Source: an uncultured Gemmatimonadales bacterium (GTDB taxonomy: Bacteria; Gemmatimonadota; Gemmatimonadetes; Gemmatimonadales; GWC2-71-9). From it: a DNA stretch of 64,000 nt. Position numbers and translations under genes: made by a program. Where the stretch lies: NCBI GenBank assembly GCA_963821525.1, contig CAWGED010000019.1:1032233-1096232 (forward strand). The letters run 5' to 3'. Below, piece by piece: positions 30,602-39,530 of this stretch (position 1 is its first letter; the number at the start of each line of letters is the position of its first letter). The notes beneath the pieces are model-generated. The model made no database searches. It was not told the origin of the DNA and saw nothing but the letters and a program-made list of their open reading frames with translations.

Positions 30602-31579
30602 TCACCAGCTCGTCCCTACCCTCATAATCAAATCGATCCCCGGTCCGCTGGGGTAGAGATCTTCGGTCAATCCGATCCTCCAATCCCGCCCACCCGACGT
30701 GCGGTAGATCCAGCCGAAATCCAAGTCGAGTTCCTCCCGCTCAAGCGCGGTGGCCTCGGCGTCGTCGTACTGGGGAGAGGCCCAGTAAAGGTTGGCGTAG
30801 AGTGACTGCTTTCCCCAGAACCGGTAACGCAGGCCGGAGGTAAGGGCGATAAAGCTCTGATTCTGAATCTGCTTCAGCGGACCATGGCGGGGAGTGTAGC
30901 CCAATCCAAGCTCGCCCTCATAGGTAAGCCGAGGGGTAATCTGCGCGCGAACTGTGGTAAGGAGGCTCGCCGACACGACACCGCGGCCATATCCGTCCGC
31001 CGCCGTCGATGTCGGGAGAGTCACCGACAGGACCGATTGGACCTTGGGACTAAAGCGGTGACCGGCCCCGATTCGGAGGTCGTTCAGGTGGAAGTTCGAG
31101 CTGGAGTATTCGACCCGAGTTCCGTCGGGATAGCGGTAGTGATAGTCGAACTCGTTCTCGGGTCTCCCTTCCCGCTCCGGAAAACTGATTCCGAAGAGAT
31201 CGTGATACCAATTCAGGAACCCGTCCAGTCCGCCGGCAAAAACCCCACCGACTGACACATCGGCCAGGAGGAAATCATAGGGCCCGAGATCCTTCGCGAT
31301 GCCCAGGCTGAACCGGTAGCTCTCGGCATCGAGCAGAAACGAAGTGTCGGTCGAGAAGCCGAAGGCGAGTTCTGTCATGCTCGCGTAGTCGAGCCCGACC
31401 GCGAGGCGCCACCCGGCTCGTGGCTCTACAAAGGGCTGGAAGTAGATCCCCGAACGGGACTCAACGACCGGGTTGTTGGGATGGTATTCGGGAAGGCCCT
31501 GGGCCGCGGCTGGCTCGAGGACGAATCCGAGCAGAGTTAAGAAGACGCCAAGGCCGGCGAACCCGGCCTCACGCCTCAT
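30602..31579 (-). CDS. DUF3187-like outer membrane protein
   Basis: Signal peptide, GGLDGFLNWYHDLFG, LTEDL, terminal W. Confidence 0.7.
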   Translation of the reverse strand: MRREAGFAGLGVFLTLLGFVLEPAAAQGLPEYHPNNPVVESRSGIYFQPFVEPRAGWRLAVGLDYASMTELAFGFSTDTSFLLDAESYRFSLGIAKDLGPYDFLLADVSVGGVFAGGLDGFLNWYHDLFGISFPEREGRPENEFDYHYRYPDGTRVEYSSSNFHLNDLRIGAGHRFSPKVQSVLSVTLPTSTAADGYGRGVVSASLLTTVRAQITPRLTYEGELGLGYTPRHGPLKQIQNQSFIALTSGLRYRFWGKQSLYANLYWASPQYDDAEATALEREELDLDFGWIYRTSGGRDWRIGLTEDLYPSGPGIDLIMRVGTSW

Positions 31580-32126
31580 CCAGTGATCTCCAGAGGTACC
31601 AGGCGGCGTGAGTGCGAACCGGTCGAAAACGCTCACCGAGCTTTTGGAGAGAGCGTGGGCTTCGAATCCGGTACAGGTTGAGAGCCGCCCGCTGGATCCC
31701 GCCGTCTCCGACGGGCCAGACATCCAGGCGGTTCAAGGAGAAGATCAGGAACATTTCCGCGGTCCAGGCGCCGATTCCTTTCACCGAAGTCAGGCGTTCC
31801 ACCACCTCGGCATCGGGCAGTGTTTCGATCCCGTCCAGGCCGCCCGCCGCAGTGAAGCGGGCCAGCTCACGCAAGTAGACTGTCTTGGCGCGAGAAAGAC
31901 CGGCCGCTCGAAGGGTTCTCACGTTGGCCTTGGCCAGCCGCTCCGGCTCGACCGGAATCCGATCGCGGAGGCGATTCATGATCGCCTCGGCCGCACGGCC
32001 GGAGATCTGCTGGGAGATGATGGCATCCGCCAGCGATTCAAACGCCGGCTGTTGTGAAAGCCGTACGGGTCCATGGCGCTGGCAGAGCCCGGCCATAATG
32101 GGACAACTCAAGAGAACGTCACTCAT
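31569..32126 (-). CDS. alkA: DNA-3-methyladenine glycosylase II (HhH-GPD)
   Basis: IISQQIS, VKGIGAWTAEM, PVGDGG, AAWYLWR. Confidence 0.9.
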   Translation of the reverse strand: MSDVLLSCPIMAGLCQRHGPVRLSQQPAFESLADAIISQQISGRAAEAIMNRLRDRIPVEPERLAKANVRTLRAAGLSRAKTVYLRELARFTAAGGLDGIETLPDAEVVERLTSVKGIGAWTAEMFLIFSLNRLDVWPVGDGGIQRAALNLYRIRSPRSLQKLGERFRPVRTHAAWYLWRSLDEA

Positions 32127-32193
32127 CGTCGCTCAAGGGTAAACCGGCCCGGTAAGCTAAATGTGCCGGGGCGTGAGGTACACCGGCGCGCTC

Positions 32194-32223
32194 TTGACAC
32201 CTTCGGCGAGCGGGGAGTAGACT
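32194..32223 (+). promoter_or_regulatory. sigma70 promoter of the phe leader/pheA-aroF
   Basis: TTGACA-N18-TAGACT; ATG begins 6 nt after the -10. Confidence 0.75.
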
Positions 32224-32228
32224 GGGTC

Positions 32229-32309
32229 ATGATCGGTCACCTTGCGTTCTTCGGCTTTACCGGCACCGGCGCGGCGCGAGTCGCGTTCGGCGGGGTAAGC
32301 GCACGCTAG
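32229..32309 (+). CDS. Phe-rich attenuator leader peptide (26 aa)
   Basis: MIGHLAFFGFTGTGAARVAFGGVSAR*, four Phe codons, between the promoter and a terminator upstream of pheA. Confidence 0.8.
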   Translation: MIGHLAFFGFTGTGAARVAFGGVSAR

Positions 32310-32333
32310 GCTGACCTGACCGGACCCCTCGAC

Positions 32334-32368
32334 GCCCCGCCGGCAATCCGGCGGGGCTTTTCGTTTTT
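32334..32368 (+). terminator. attenuator terminator
   Basis: GCCCCGCCGG-caat-CCGGCGGGGC then TTTTCGTTTTT, ending 13 nt before the pheA ATG. Confidence 0.88.
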
Positions 32369-32381
32369 ACCGGAGAGAACG

Positions 32382-34084
32382 ATGCGCGTTGCGATCCAGG
32401 GCACTCGTGGTTCATTCAGCGAAGCTGCAGCCCGCCAGCAATGGGCCGATGCGGAAGTCGTCGCCTGCCGCGAAGTGGGAGACGTGGTCAAGGCAGTCCG
32501 GGAAGGCCGGGCCGACACCGGATGTCTGGCCATCGAGAATTCGCTGGTCGGCTCGATCACTCCGACGTATGACCTGCTGCAAGAGGCTTTCGGCGACAGC
32601 AAGCTCTATCTGAGCCGGGAGATTCTGCTGCCGGTTCACCACGCGATACTCGGGGTCCGCGATGGGAGCCTGGCTCAGATCAGGCGCGTGCTGTCTCACC
32701 CGGTCGCCCTGGGCCAGTGCAGATCATGGCTCAGCCAGCACCTCCCCGATGCGGAACTGGTGAGTTCCTGGGACACAGCCGGCAGTGCAGAGATCGTGGG
32801 GCGGGAGAACGATCCCGCTCAAGCGGCGATCTGCGCCGCGCATGCGAGCGACGCCTATGGGCTCAAGGTGTTCGAAGACCGGATCGAAGACGACCCGACC
32901 AACCAGACCAGATTTCTCACTTTCGGCAGCGAACGTCCTCCTACCAGCAACACCGTGCCGCAAAAGACTTCGCTCATCGTGTGGCTCGATCACCGGCCGG
33001 GGATGCTGGCCGCGGCACTCCAGGCCTTCGCCGCACGCGGGGTCAACCTGACATCCCTCCAATCCCGGCCGGAGCGATCGGCTCCCTGGACCTATCGTTT
33101 CTACTTCGATGTGGAAGGCGCGACGGATGATCCGCGACTGGCCGAAGCCCTCGAAGTCTATCGAGGCGCTGGCGGCGCGCATCGTGATCCTCGGCACCTA
33201 CCAGGCGTGGCAGCATGAGGGGAAGACTGCCTCACCGGTGGTGATGGCCCCGCCCCAGCAACGCCCGAAGCCCAACGTGCCTCTCTTCGACCGGGCGCAG
33301 CGCTCGGAAGACACCGTGGTGAGGGTCGGCAGCGTGGAGATCGGATCCGGCCGCCCGGTAATCATTGCAGGTCCTTGTTCGGTCGAGAGTGCCGAGATGA
33401 TTCTCGAGACAGCCAAGGCGGTTGCTTCCGCCGGGGCCGATCTTCTGCGCGGCGGCGCGTTCAAGCCTCGCACCTCACCATACGACTTTCAGGGACTGGG
33501 AACCAAGGGACTCAAGTTCCTCGCTGAGGCGCGGGAACAGACCGGCCTCCCGATCGTTACCGAAGTGATGAGCTGGGAGGAAGTGCCGCTGGTCGCGCGC
33601 TACGCGGACATGCTGCAGATCGGCGCCCGGAACATGCAGAACTTCGCGCTGTTGCGAGCGGCGGGCAGGAGCGGCCGGCCGATTCTGCTCAAACGAAACG
33701 GTGGCGCCACGATCGAGGAGTGGCTCCACGCGGCCGAGTACGTGTTGTCTCACGGCAATGACCAGGTGGTGCTCTGCGAGCGCGGAATCCGAACCTTCGA
33801 GCGGGCTACCCGGCATACCCTCGACCTGAACGCGGTGGCTCTGGTGCGGGAGCGGACCCACTTGCCGGTCATCGCCGATCCGAGCCATGCGGCGGGGATG
33901 CGGTCTATCGTACCCATCGCTTGCCCTGGCGGCTTTGGCTGCGGGCGCTCACGGTGTGATCGTCGAAGTCCACCCCGATCCGGACCACGCGCTGAGCGAC
34001 GGCGCCCAGAGCCTGGACCTGACCACGTTTGCTCGATTGGCTGAGAAGATTCGCAGCGGAGAGCCGCGAACGGCGGGGCTCTGA
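32382..34084 (+). CDS. pheA: apparent bifunctional prephenate dehydratase-ACT / DAHP synthase type I-beta fusion (apparent frameshifts near 33157 and 33915)
   Basis: PDT motifs AIENS, SHPVAL.QC, NQTRF, LQSRP. The ACT end ILGTY runs with no stop into [52 protein letters not shown]. Confidence 0.82.
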
Positions 34085-35005
34085 CTACGGAGCTCCGATC
34101 TTGCCGACGACGGTCATGCGCTTCTTGTCACGCATGATGTCGAGCTTGAAGCTCTCGCTCCCCTCATAACTCCGGAGAATCCTCAGGAGGTGCGAGGCGT
34201 TGGCCGGCTCTCGTCCGTCCACGGCAAGAACCACGTCCCCTCCCCTCAGGCCCAGCTTCGAATCAGCCGGTACGCTGATGACGAGGATGCCTTCACTGGT
34301 CCCGAAATAGCGACCCAGATCGGGATTGAGCGGCGCCAGCTCGAGATCGGCCAGCGGTGAACCGAAGGCGAAACGCATCGGCGCATCGGGGTGGATCATT
34401 CGCATCGGATAGCGAGGCTGGCTGTCTTCAGGATCGAATCCCCGCATCGCGTCCTGGAACTGACGGAAGGATTCGTCACCACCCATCGAATAACCGAAGC
34501 CTCCGTCCGGAGTCCGCCACATGATGGTCGGCTCGTCTCCGGTGATGAGGCTGACGGTTTTCCGTTCCTTCCCCCGGCGGAACTCGACCGCAATCGTGTC
34601 ATTGGGGTCGAGGCGCGCGGCGAGCTCGGTGAGGCGCAAGCCAGGCGCCGAATCATCGTTGTTCGCCCGGGCCTGACCGTCGAGCAAGGAGGAGCCGGCC
34701 AGCTTCGTGATCACGTCACCCGAGCGAAGGCCGGCCTTGGCCGCCGGCCCGTTGGGCGTGACCGAGCTGACCAGCGCACCAATCGAATCGGTATCGCGAG
34801 CTCGCAGGTTGACCGAGATCCCCAAGCGGGCGCGCCGGCTGGTGAGGACCTGAAATACCGGCCGGACGTCTCCCTCGACCCGGATGACGCCGGGAGGAAT
34901 CACTTTGGGTTGAGCAGGGGTATCCTGCGCGACGACAGCCGGAGAAATCAGAAGGCAGGTTGCCAGGGAAATCAGGGTGCTCCGCATTGCTTCAGCCATC
35001 GCCAC
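34085..35005 (-). CDS. exported PDZ domain-containing protein (two PDZ, no protease domain)
   Basis: Signal peptide; RARLGI...VTPNGPAAKAGLRSGDVI; second LGLRGGDVVLAVDG; start may be 34999 or 34987. Confidence 0.85.
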   Translation of the reverse strand: MAMAEAMRSTLISLATCLLISPAVVAQDTPAQPKVIPPGVIRVEGDVRPVFQVLTSRRARLGISVNLRARDTDSIGALVSSVTPNGPAAKAGLRSGDVITKLAGSSLLDGQARANNDDSAPGLRLTELAARLDPNDTIAVEFRRGKERKTVSLITGDEPTIMWRTPDGGFGYSMGGDESFRQFQDAMRGFDPEDSQPRYPMRMIHPDAPMRFAFGSPLADLELAPLNPDLGRYFGTSEGILVISVPADSKLGLRGGDVVLAVDGREPANASHLLRILRSYEGSESFKLDIMRDKKRMTVVGKIGAP

Positions 35006-35008
35006 CGA

Positions 35009-35605
35009 TCAGAGGCCCACGTTCGAGGCGCGAGTCACGTGGACGTCCATGAGAGCGTCGAGCAGGCCGATCCGTTCGCGGTAGAGGTTCAGCAGGGCGG
35101 TATCCCGCTCCCGGGCGCGAAGCAACTGCGCCATCTCGAGTTGCCGATCGATGCGGGCGATCTGGTCCTCCAGAGCTCCGGCCATGCCGTCGGTATGGCC
35201 GTCCGTGATGCGGCCATCGGAGTTAAACGACTCGAGGAGCTGCTCCAGTTGCCCTGACCGAGCCATGGCGTCGGAGAGGGCCGGGGAAAGCGTCTTCGAG
35301 GAAGCCGAGGCTCCGTGAAGCAGCAGCATCAAGGCGAGTCCTGCCGCAATGGCGAGTCCGCCGGTCGCCAGACGCCCAGTCCGGACCTGGCGTTCGGCCC
35401 GGAGCCGAGCTTCCACCGCCGGCCAGGAATCGCGGGAGGGTTTAAGAGTCGGCAGTGCCTTGAGGCGCGCTACCCTCTGCTCCAGGCGATCAGCCTCGCG
35501 GCGACATGCTTCGCACTCCGAGAGATGCTTCTCGGCCTCGGCCTGGCCGGGTTCGCGACCGGGCTCCCGCAGCCGAACCAGGGTATCGAGGTCAATGTGC
35601 GTCAT
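35009..35605 (-). CDS. zf-HC2 transmembrane anti-sigma factor
   Basis: HLSECEAC motif, TM helix, ATGA overlap with the sigma gene. Confidence 0.82.
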   Translation of the reverse strand: MTHIDLDTLVRLREPGREPGQAEAEKHLSECEACRREADRLEQRVARLKALPTLKPSRDSWPAVEARLRAERQVRTGRLATGGLAIAAGLALMLLLHGASASSKTLSPALSDAMARSGQLEQLLESFNSDGRITDGHTDGMAGALEDQIARIDRQLEMAQLLRARERDTALLNLYRERIGLLDALMDVHVTRASNVGL

Positions 35606-36141
35606 ACCAGCGTCTCCTCCCCGAGCCAGCGGCGGAGGCGAGTATGTGCGCGCGCCAATTGCGATTTCGAAAAGCTTACTGTCCTGCCCATCATCCCCGC
35701 GATTTCCTCGTGGGTGTATCCCTCGACATCGTGCAGCCACACCACCGCTCGTGAGGTTTCGGGCAAGCGCTCCAGTGCCGCTTCGAGATCCATGCGCAGC
35801 CCGTGGTCGGAGCGGGGGCCCTGATGAGCCTCGTCTTCCAGCTCATCGGTGTCCCGATACTTGTTCCGCCGGAGCCGCATCAGCGCCTTGCTCGCGGCAA
35901 CCGTGCGAATCCAGCCCCAGAGACTCCCTTCGCCCCGATACTGCCGCAGGTTCCGGCAGACTTCGAAGAAGGTCTCCTGCATCACGTCCTCGGCATCTTC
36001 CGAGGTGCGGCAGATCCGCCGGGCCAGGTTGTAGACTGGCGTCTCGAAGGCGCGATAGAGCTCCTCCAGCGCGGCGACATCGCCGGCCCGGGCTTGGGCC
36101 AGGACTACTTCTGCGTTGGGGAGGGGGATGGCATCGGCCAT
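35602..36141 (-). CDS. ECF RNA polymerase sigma factor
   Basis: DAEDVMQETF, LHDVEGYTHEEIA...SKSQLARA; ATG at 36141. Confidence 0.93.
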   Translation of the reverse strand: MADAIPLPNAEVVLAQARAGDVAALEELYRAFETPVYNLARRICRTSEDAEDVMQETFFEVCRNLRQYRGEGSLWGWIRTVAASKALMRLRRNKYRDTDELEDEAHQGPRSDHGLRMDLEAALERLPETSRAVVWLHDVEGYTHEEIAGMMGRTVSFSKSQLARAHTRLRRWLGEETLV

Positions 36142-36152
36142 GGTGCCGATAA

Positions 36153-36179
36153 AGATGCGGGAATCGGGCCTACAGTTGC
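36153..36179 (-). promoter_or_regulatory. putative ECF autoregulatory promoter
   Basis: Minus strand reads GCAAC-N17-CATCT. Confidence 0.6.
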
Positions 36180-36228
36180 AGGGAGGGAGGGCCCGAGGAT
36201 CGGTCCATTCGGCGCCGCAAAGCAACAG

Positions 36229-36266
36229 CGGAGGTCAGAGAGTCGGGCTCACCTCTAACCTCCGCT
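36229..36266 (-). terminator. hairpin downstream of the S8 peptidase
   Basis: GCGGAGGTcAGAG...CTCTaACCTCCGC; TGTTGCTTT follows on the minus strand. Confidence 0.5.
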
Positions 36267-36267
36267 G

Positions 36268-37687
36268 TTACAATAATTTACCTACTACAAGTGATCGCAT
36301 GCTGCGGCCTCCAGACACATTCAGTCGACCCGCACCGAATACCTTGGCCGGTCCGATGATGTCGGCGTTGGCGCGAATGCACTCCTCGATCTGGATCGGC
36401 CTGACTCGACCCGGAAGCTGGGATTCGACGACCGCCGCCGCCGCTGCCACATGGGGCGCGGCCTCGCTGGTGCCTGCCGCGAGGAGGTAGTCGCTGGTGC
36501 TGCAATCGAAAGGCAGCGTCAGCTGGAAGTGGCTGCAGGGGCCCAACACGAGATCAACTTGGTCACCCCCGGGGAGTAAGTCACCGCCAGGGGCGAACAG
36601 ATCCACGCCAGAGTCGGCCGAAGTTGGAGTAGCTCGCCAGCATGTCGAAATTCTGCTGGTTGAACGGCGCTGTCGCTCCCACGCTCATAACGCCCTTAAT
36701 CTGAGCCGGGATAGGAGATCAGGTTGCCGTCCTCATTGAGATTGGCACCGTCATTCCCCGCCGAGGCAACGACGACGACGCCCTTGTCGCGGGCGAATGC
36801 CACGGCGCGAGTGAGCACCTTAATCAGCCCCTCGACGCCGGGAAGGGTTTTATCGATGTACGACCCGAGACTCATGTTGATCACACCAGCGCCGCTCTGG
36901 GCCGCCAGCACGATGCCGGTGATGATGTCTCCGAAACTGCCGGAGCCGGTCACCCGCAGCACCTTGATGGAGCAGAGCCGGGCGTCAGGCGCGACTGACG
37001 CGACGCCGATGCCGTTGGTCGCGATGAATCCGGCGGAAAGCGTACCGTGGCCGTTGTGGTCCAGCGGATCCAGGTCACCCGGGAAGACTGGGGTGCTGAT
37101 CACGGAGGTCATGAGGTCGACCCGGCCGGCGATGTCGATATGGTCGGGATCGATACCGGTGTCGAGGACGCAGACCGTCCTGCCCGCCGCCACCGTTAGA
37201 GGCGCCCCAGGCCTGATCGGCGTGCGACCTGGCGAATGTTCCACTGGAATGGGAAGAATGCAGCGTCGCTCTGATCCGTCCCTGAAGCGACCGGATTCGG
37301 AAGTGACGACAACTGCAGCTTGGCGTCCTGAGGAGCCGGGATCCATTGCAGGATCAGATCGCGATCGACCCGGGAGACACCAGTGGTCTTGCTGAGCGAG
37401 ACAGCCGCCGCGTCGGTCAGGCCGGTAACCTCCGCCTCACCGATCATCTTCTGACGCCGAACAATGGTGCCGCCGAGTGCCTTCACCGACTTCGCGAAGG
37501 AGGCTGGCTCGGTGGTCTTGAAGGTGACGACGTGGCGATCGCTGGGAGTAACTGAGGCGGGGAGCTGCGGTGCAGGAGCACGGGACATCGATTCATTGCT
37601 AGGAGTCATGGACTCATCGACGCAGGCGGCGGCAATGAGTACCGTCGCCGCTGCAAGCGCGGGACGCACAGAAAGTCGCGAGAACAT
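36268..37687 (-). CDS. S8 subtilisin-family serine peptidase lipoprotein (several apparent frameshifts)
   Basis: Lipobox IAAAC and I9-like prodomain; LDTGID, HGT, SAGND and AGTSEAAPHVA are spread over several ORF fragments. Confidence 0.82.
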
Positions 37688-37792
37688 GGGGCCTTTGTGG
37701 TGGGAGATGCGACAACTTGCCGGGCACAGGAAAACCCGTCAAGAGCGGCATTCACGCCACAGCGAGTATGGTATGGGAGTTATACTGGTTGC

Positions 37793-38936
37793 ATGACTGC
37801 GACACGCCCGCCCCAAGCTTCGATGCCCGCACCCCACCTGTGGCTTCATCACCTCCAGGATGAGGCCGACGCGGCATTTCTGTATCGGGAGCTGGCCAAG
37901 GCAGAGCAGGATCCGCGGAGAGCCGCCCTCTACGATGGATTAGCCACCGTCGAGGACCGACACGTAGCGGTTTGGCACAAACTGCTGGAAGACCACGGCC
38001 ACCCAATCCCCTCCATTCGACCCTCGCGCCGGGCCCGGGTGATGAGTTGGGCGGCTCGGCGGTTTGGACCAGGGTTCCTTCTCCCGATGCTGCTCGAGGA
38101 AGAGGGCCGTGAGGTAAAAAGCTATCTCCGACTCTCGCATCAGAGCGCCGAGGAGGATGCCCGCAGTGCAGCGCTGCGCCTGGCCCGTGAGTCGGCGGAG
38201 CATGCAGGATCGCTTGCCGGGCTGAGCGGAGCCGCGGGGGAGCCTTGGCACAAGACCGGGGCGGGCGGCCTGCTCCGCAATCTGGTCTACGGCTTCAACG
38301 ATGGCCTGACCGCCAACTTTGGCCTCGTCGCTGGAATGCTGGGCGCGCAGGGGCACCTCAACATCTCGGGACATGCGGTGGTGGTTGCGGGGATCGCGGG
38401 GATGGTGGCGGATGCGCTCTCGATGGGTTCCTCCGGATACCTCGCCGCCAAGAGCGAGCGGGAGGTGTTCGAGCACGAGATCGCGATGGAGCGGGAGGAG
38501 ATCCGCCTGATGCCCGAGCTGGAGCAGGAGGAGCTGACCCTGCTCTATCAGGCGAAGGGGGTCCCGGAGGAGCAGGCGAAGGAAATGGCCGCCCAGCTCA
38601 TGCTGGACCCGGAGCGCGCACTCGAGGAGCAGGTCCGGGAAGAGCTGAAGATCGGTGAGGCTAATTCACACGCCGTTGCGCGAGGGGTGGATCACCGGAG
38701 TCTCGACCGCCTTCGGCGCCTTCATCCCGGTGGCACCGTTTCTCGTGAGCACCGGCCCGGGCGCGATCTGGACCTCACTCGCGGTATCCATGACGGCTCA
38801 CTTCGGGGTCGGCGCCGCTCGCAGCTTTTTCACCGGCCGGGGAGTCATCCGCAGCGGCTTGGACATGTTCGTGGTGGGGTTGGGTGTGGCCGGAGTGGGA
38901 TACCTGGTGGGGGAGTGGATCACGAAGCTGCTGTAG
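37793..38936 (+). CDS. ferritin/rubrerythrin-like domain + VIT1/CCC1 iron transporter (apparent frameshift near 38662)
   Basis: DEADAAFLY...EDRH...ESAEH; RNLVYGFNDGL, SMGSSGYL; C-terminal TMs in the adjacent frame; TATACT-N6-ATG. Confidence 0.87.
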
Positions 38937-38967
38937 AACTCACCCGCTGGAGCCTCTTCGCTGACCA

Positions 38968-39012
38968 TAGCCTCACCCCCTGACCCCCTCTCCGTGAAAC
39001 GGAGAGGGGGGA
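38968..39012 (+). repeat. REP-like palindrome, left copy
   Basis: TAGCCTCACCCCCTGA CCCCCTCTCCG tgaaa CGGAGAGGGGG GA. Confidence 0.85.
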
Positions 39013-39365
39013 CGGCGATTCAGGAATGTGCTGATCAACGATCTCAGCCGCGCCCGACTCAGCTCGGATCCCCTGATCCGAAGCGTTTCAATTCCTTGAT
39101 CCGCAAGAACTCGATCGCGGAACGCGTCGTACTCCGCCTGCTCCCGCTTCCGGTGTATGGGCCCATCAAGTTCCACCGCGAGCCGCAGCTCAGCACAGTA
39201 GAAGTCCAGGATGAACCCCCGGAAAAGGTGTTGTCGTCGGAACTTTAGGCCGAGACATCGTCGATTTCGCAAGATCTCCCAGACATAGCGCTCTCCGAGA
39301 GTGGGAGATTTTCGGAGCTCCCGGACTCGCAGCCGCTTCCAACTTCGAAGGATCCATCGACCCAT
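38973..39365 (-). CDS. DUF559 (Vsr-like very-short-patch endonuclease fold) protein
   Basis: RELRK..T..E...W..LRNR, KFRRQH, ILDFYC, VELDG.IH, D..RD..L. Confidence 0.9.
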   Translation of the reverse strand: MGRWILRSWKRLRVRELRKSPTLGERYVWEILRNRRCLGLKFRRQHLFRGFILDFYCAELRLAVELDGPIHRKREQAEYDAFRDRVLADQGIETLRIRGSELSRARLRSLISTFLNRRPPSPFHGEGVRG

Positions 39366-39435
39366 GCCCCACTATGCTGGTTTCCGTGGAGATCGCACTC
39401 ACGAATTTTCCGCGGCTCGAGTCCCTAAAATGCGT

Positions 39436-39479
39436 TCCCCCTCTCCGCCACGCGGAGAGGGGGACAGGGGGTGAGGCTA
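39436..39479 (-). repeat. REP-like palindrome, right copy (inverted)
   Basis: T CCCCCTCTCCG ccacg CGGAGAGGGGG ACAGGGGGTGAGGCTA. Confidence 0.85.
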
Positions 39480-39530
39480 GACGGATCAGGAGAAAGGACG
39501 AACCGGGAGGGAGCAGAGCGGAACGAGACC

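Larger units (their letters stand above)
38968..39479. mobile_element. DUF559 nuclease gene flanked by inverted REP-like palindromic repeats
   Basis: 27-bp inverted termini TAGCCTCACCCCCTG[A/T]CCCCCTCTCCG, each part of a longer hairpin. Confidence 0.6.
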
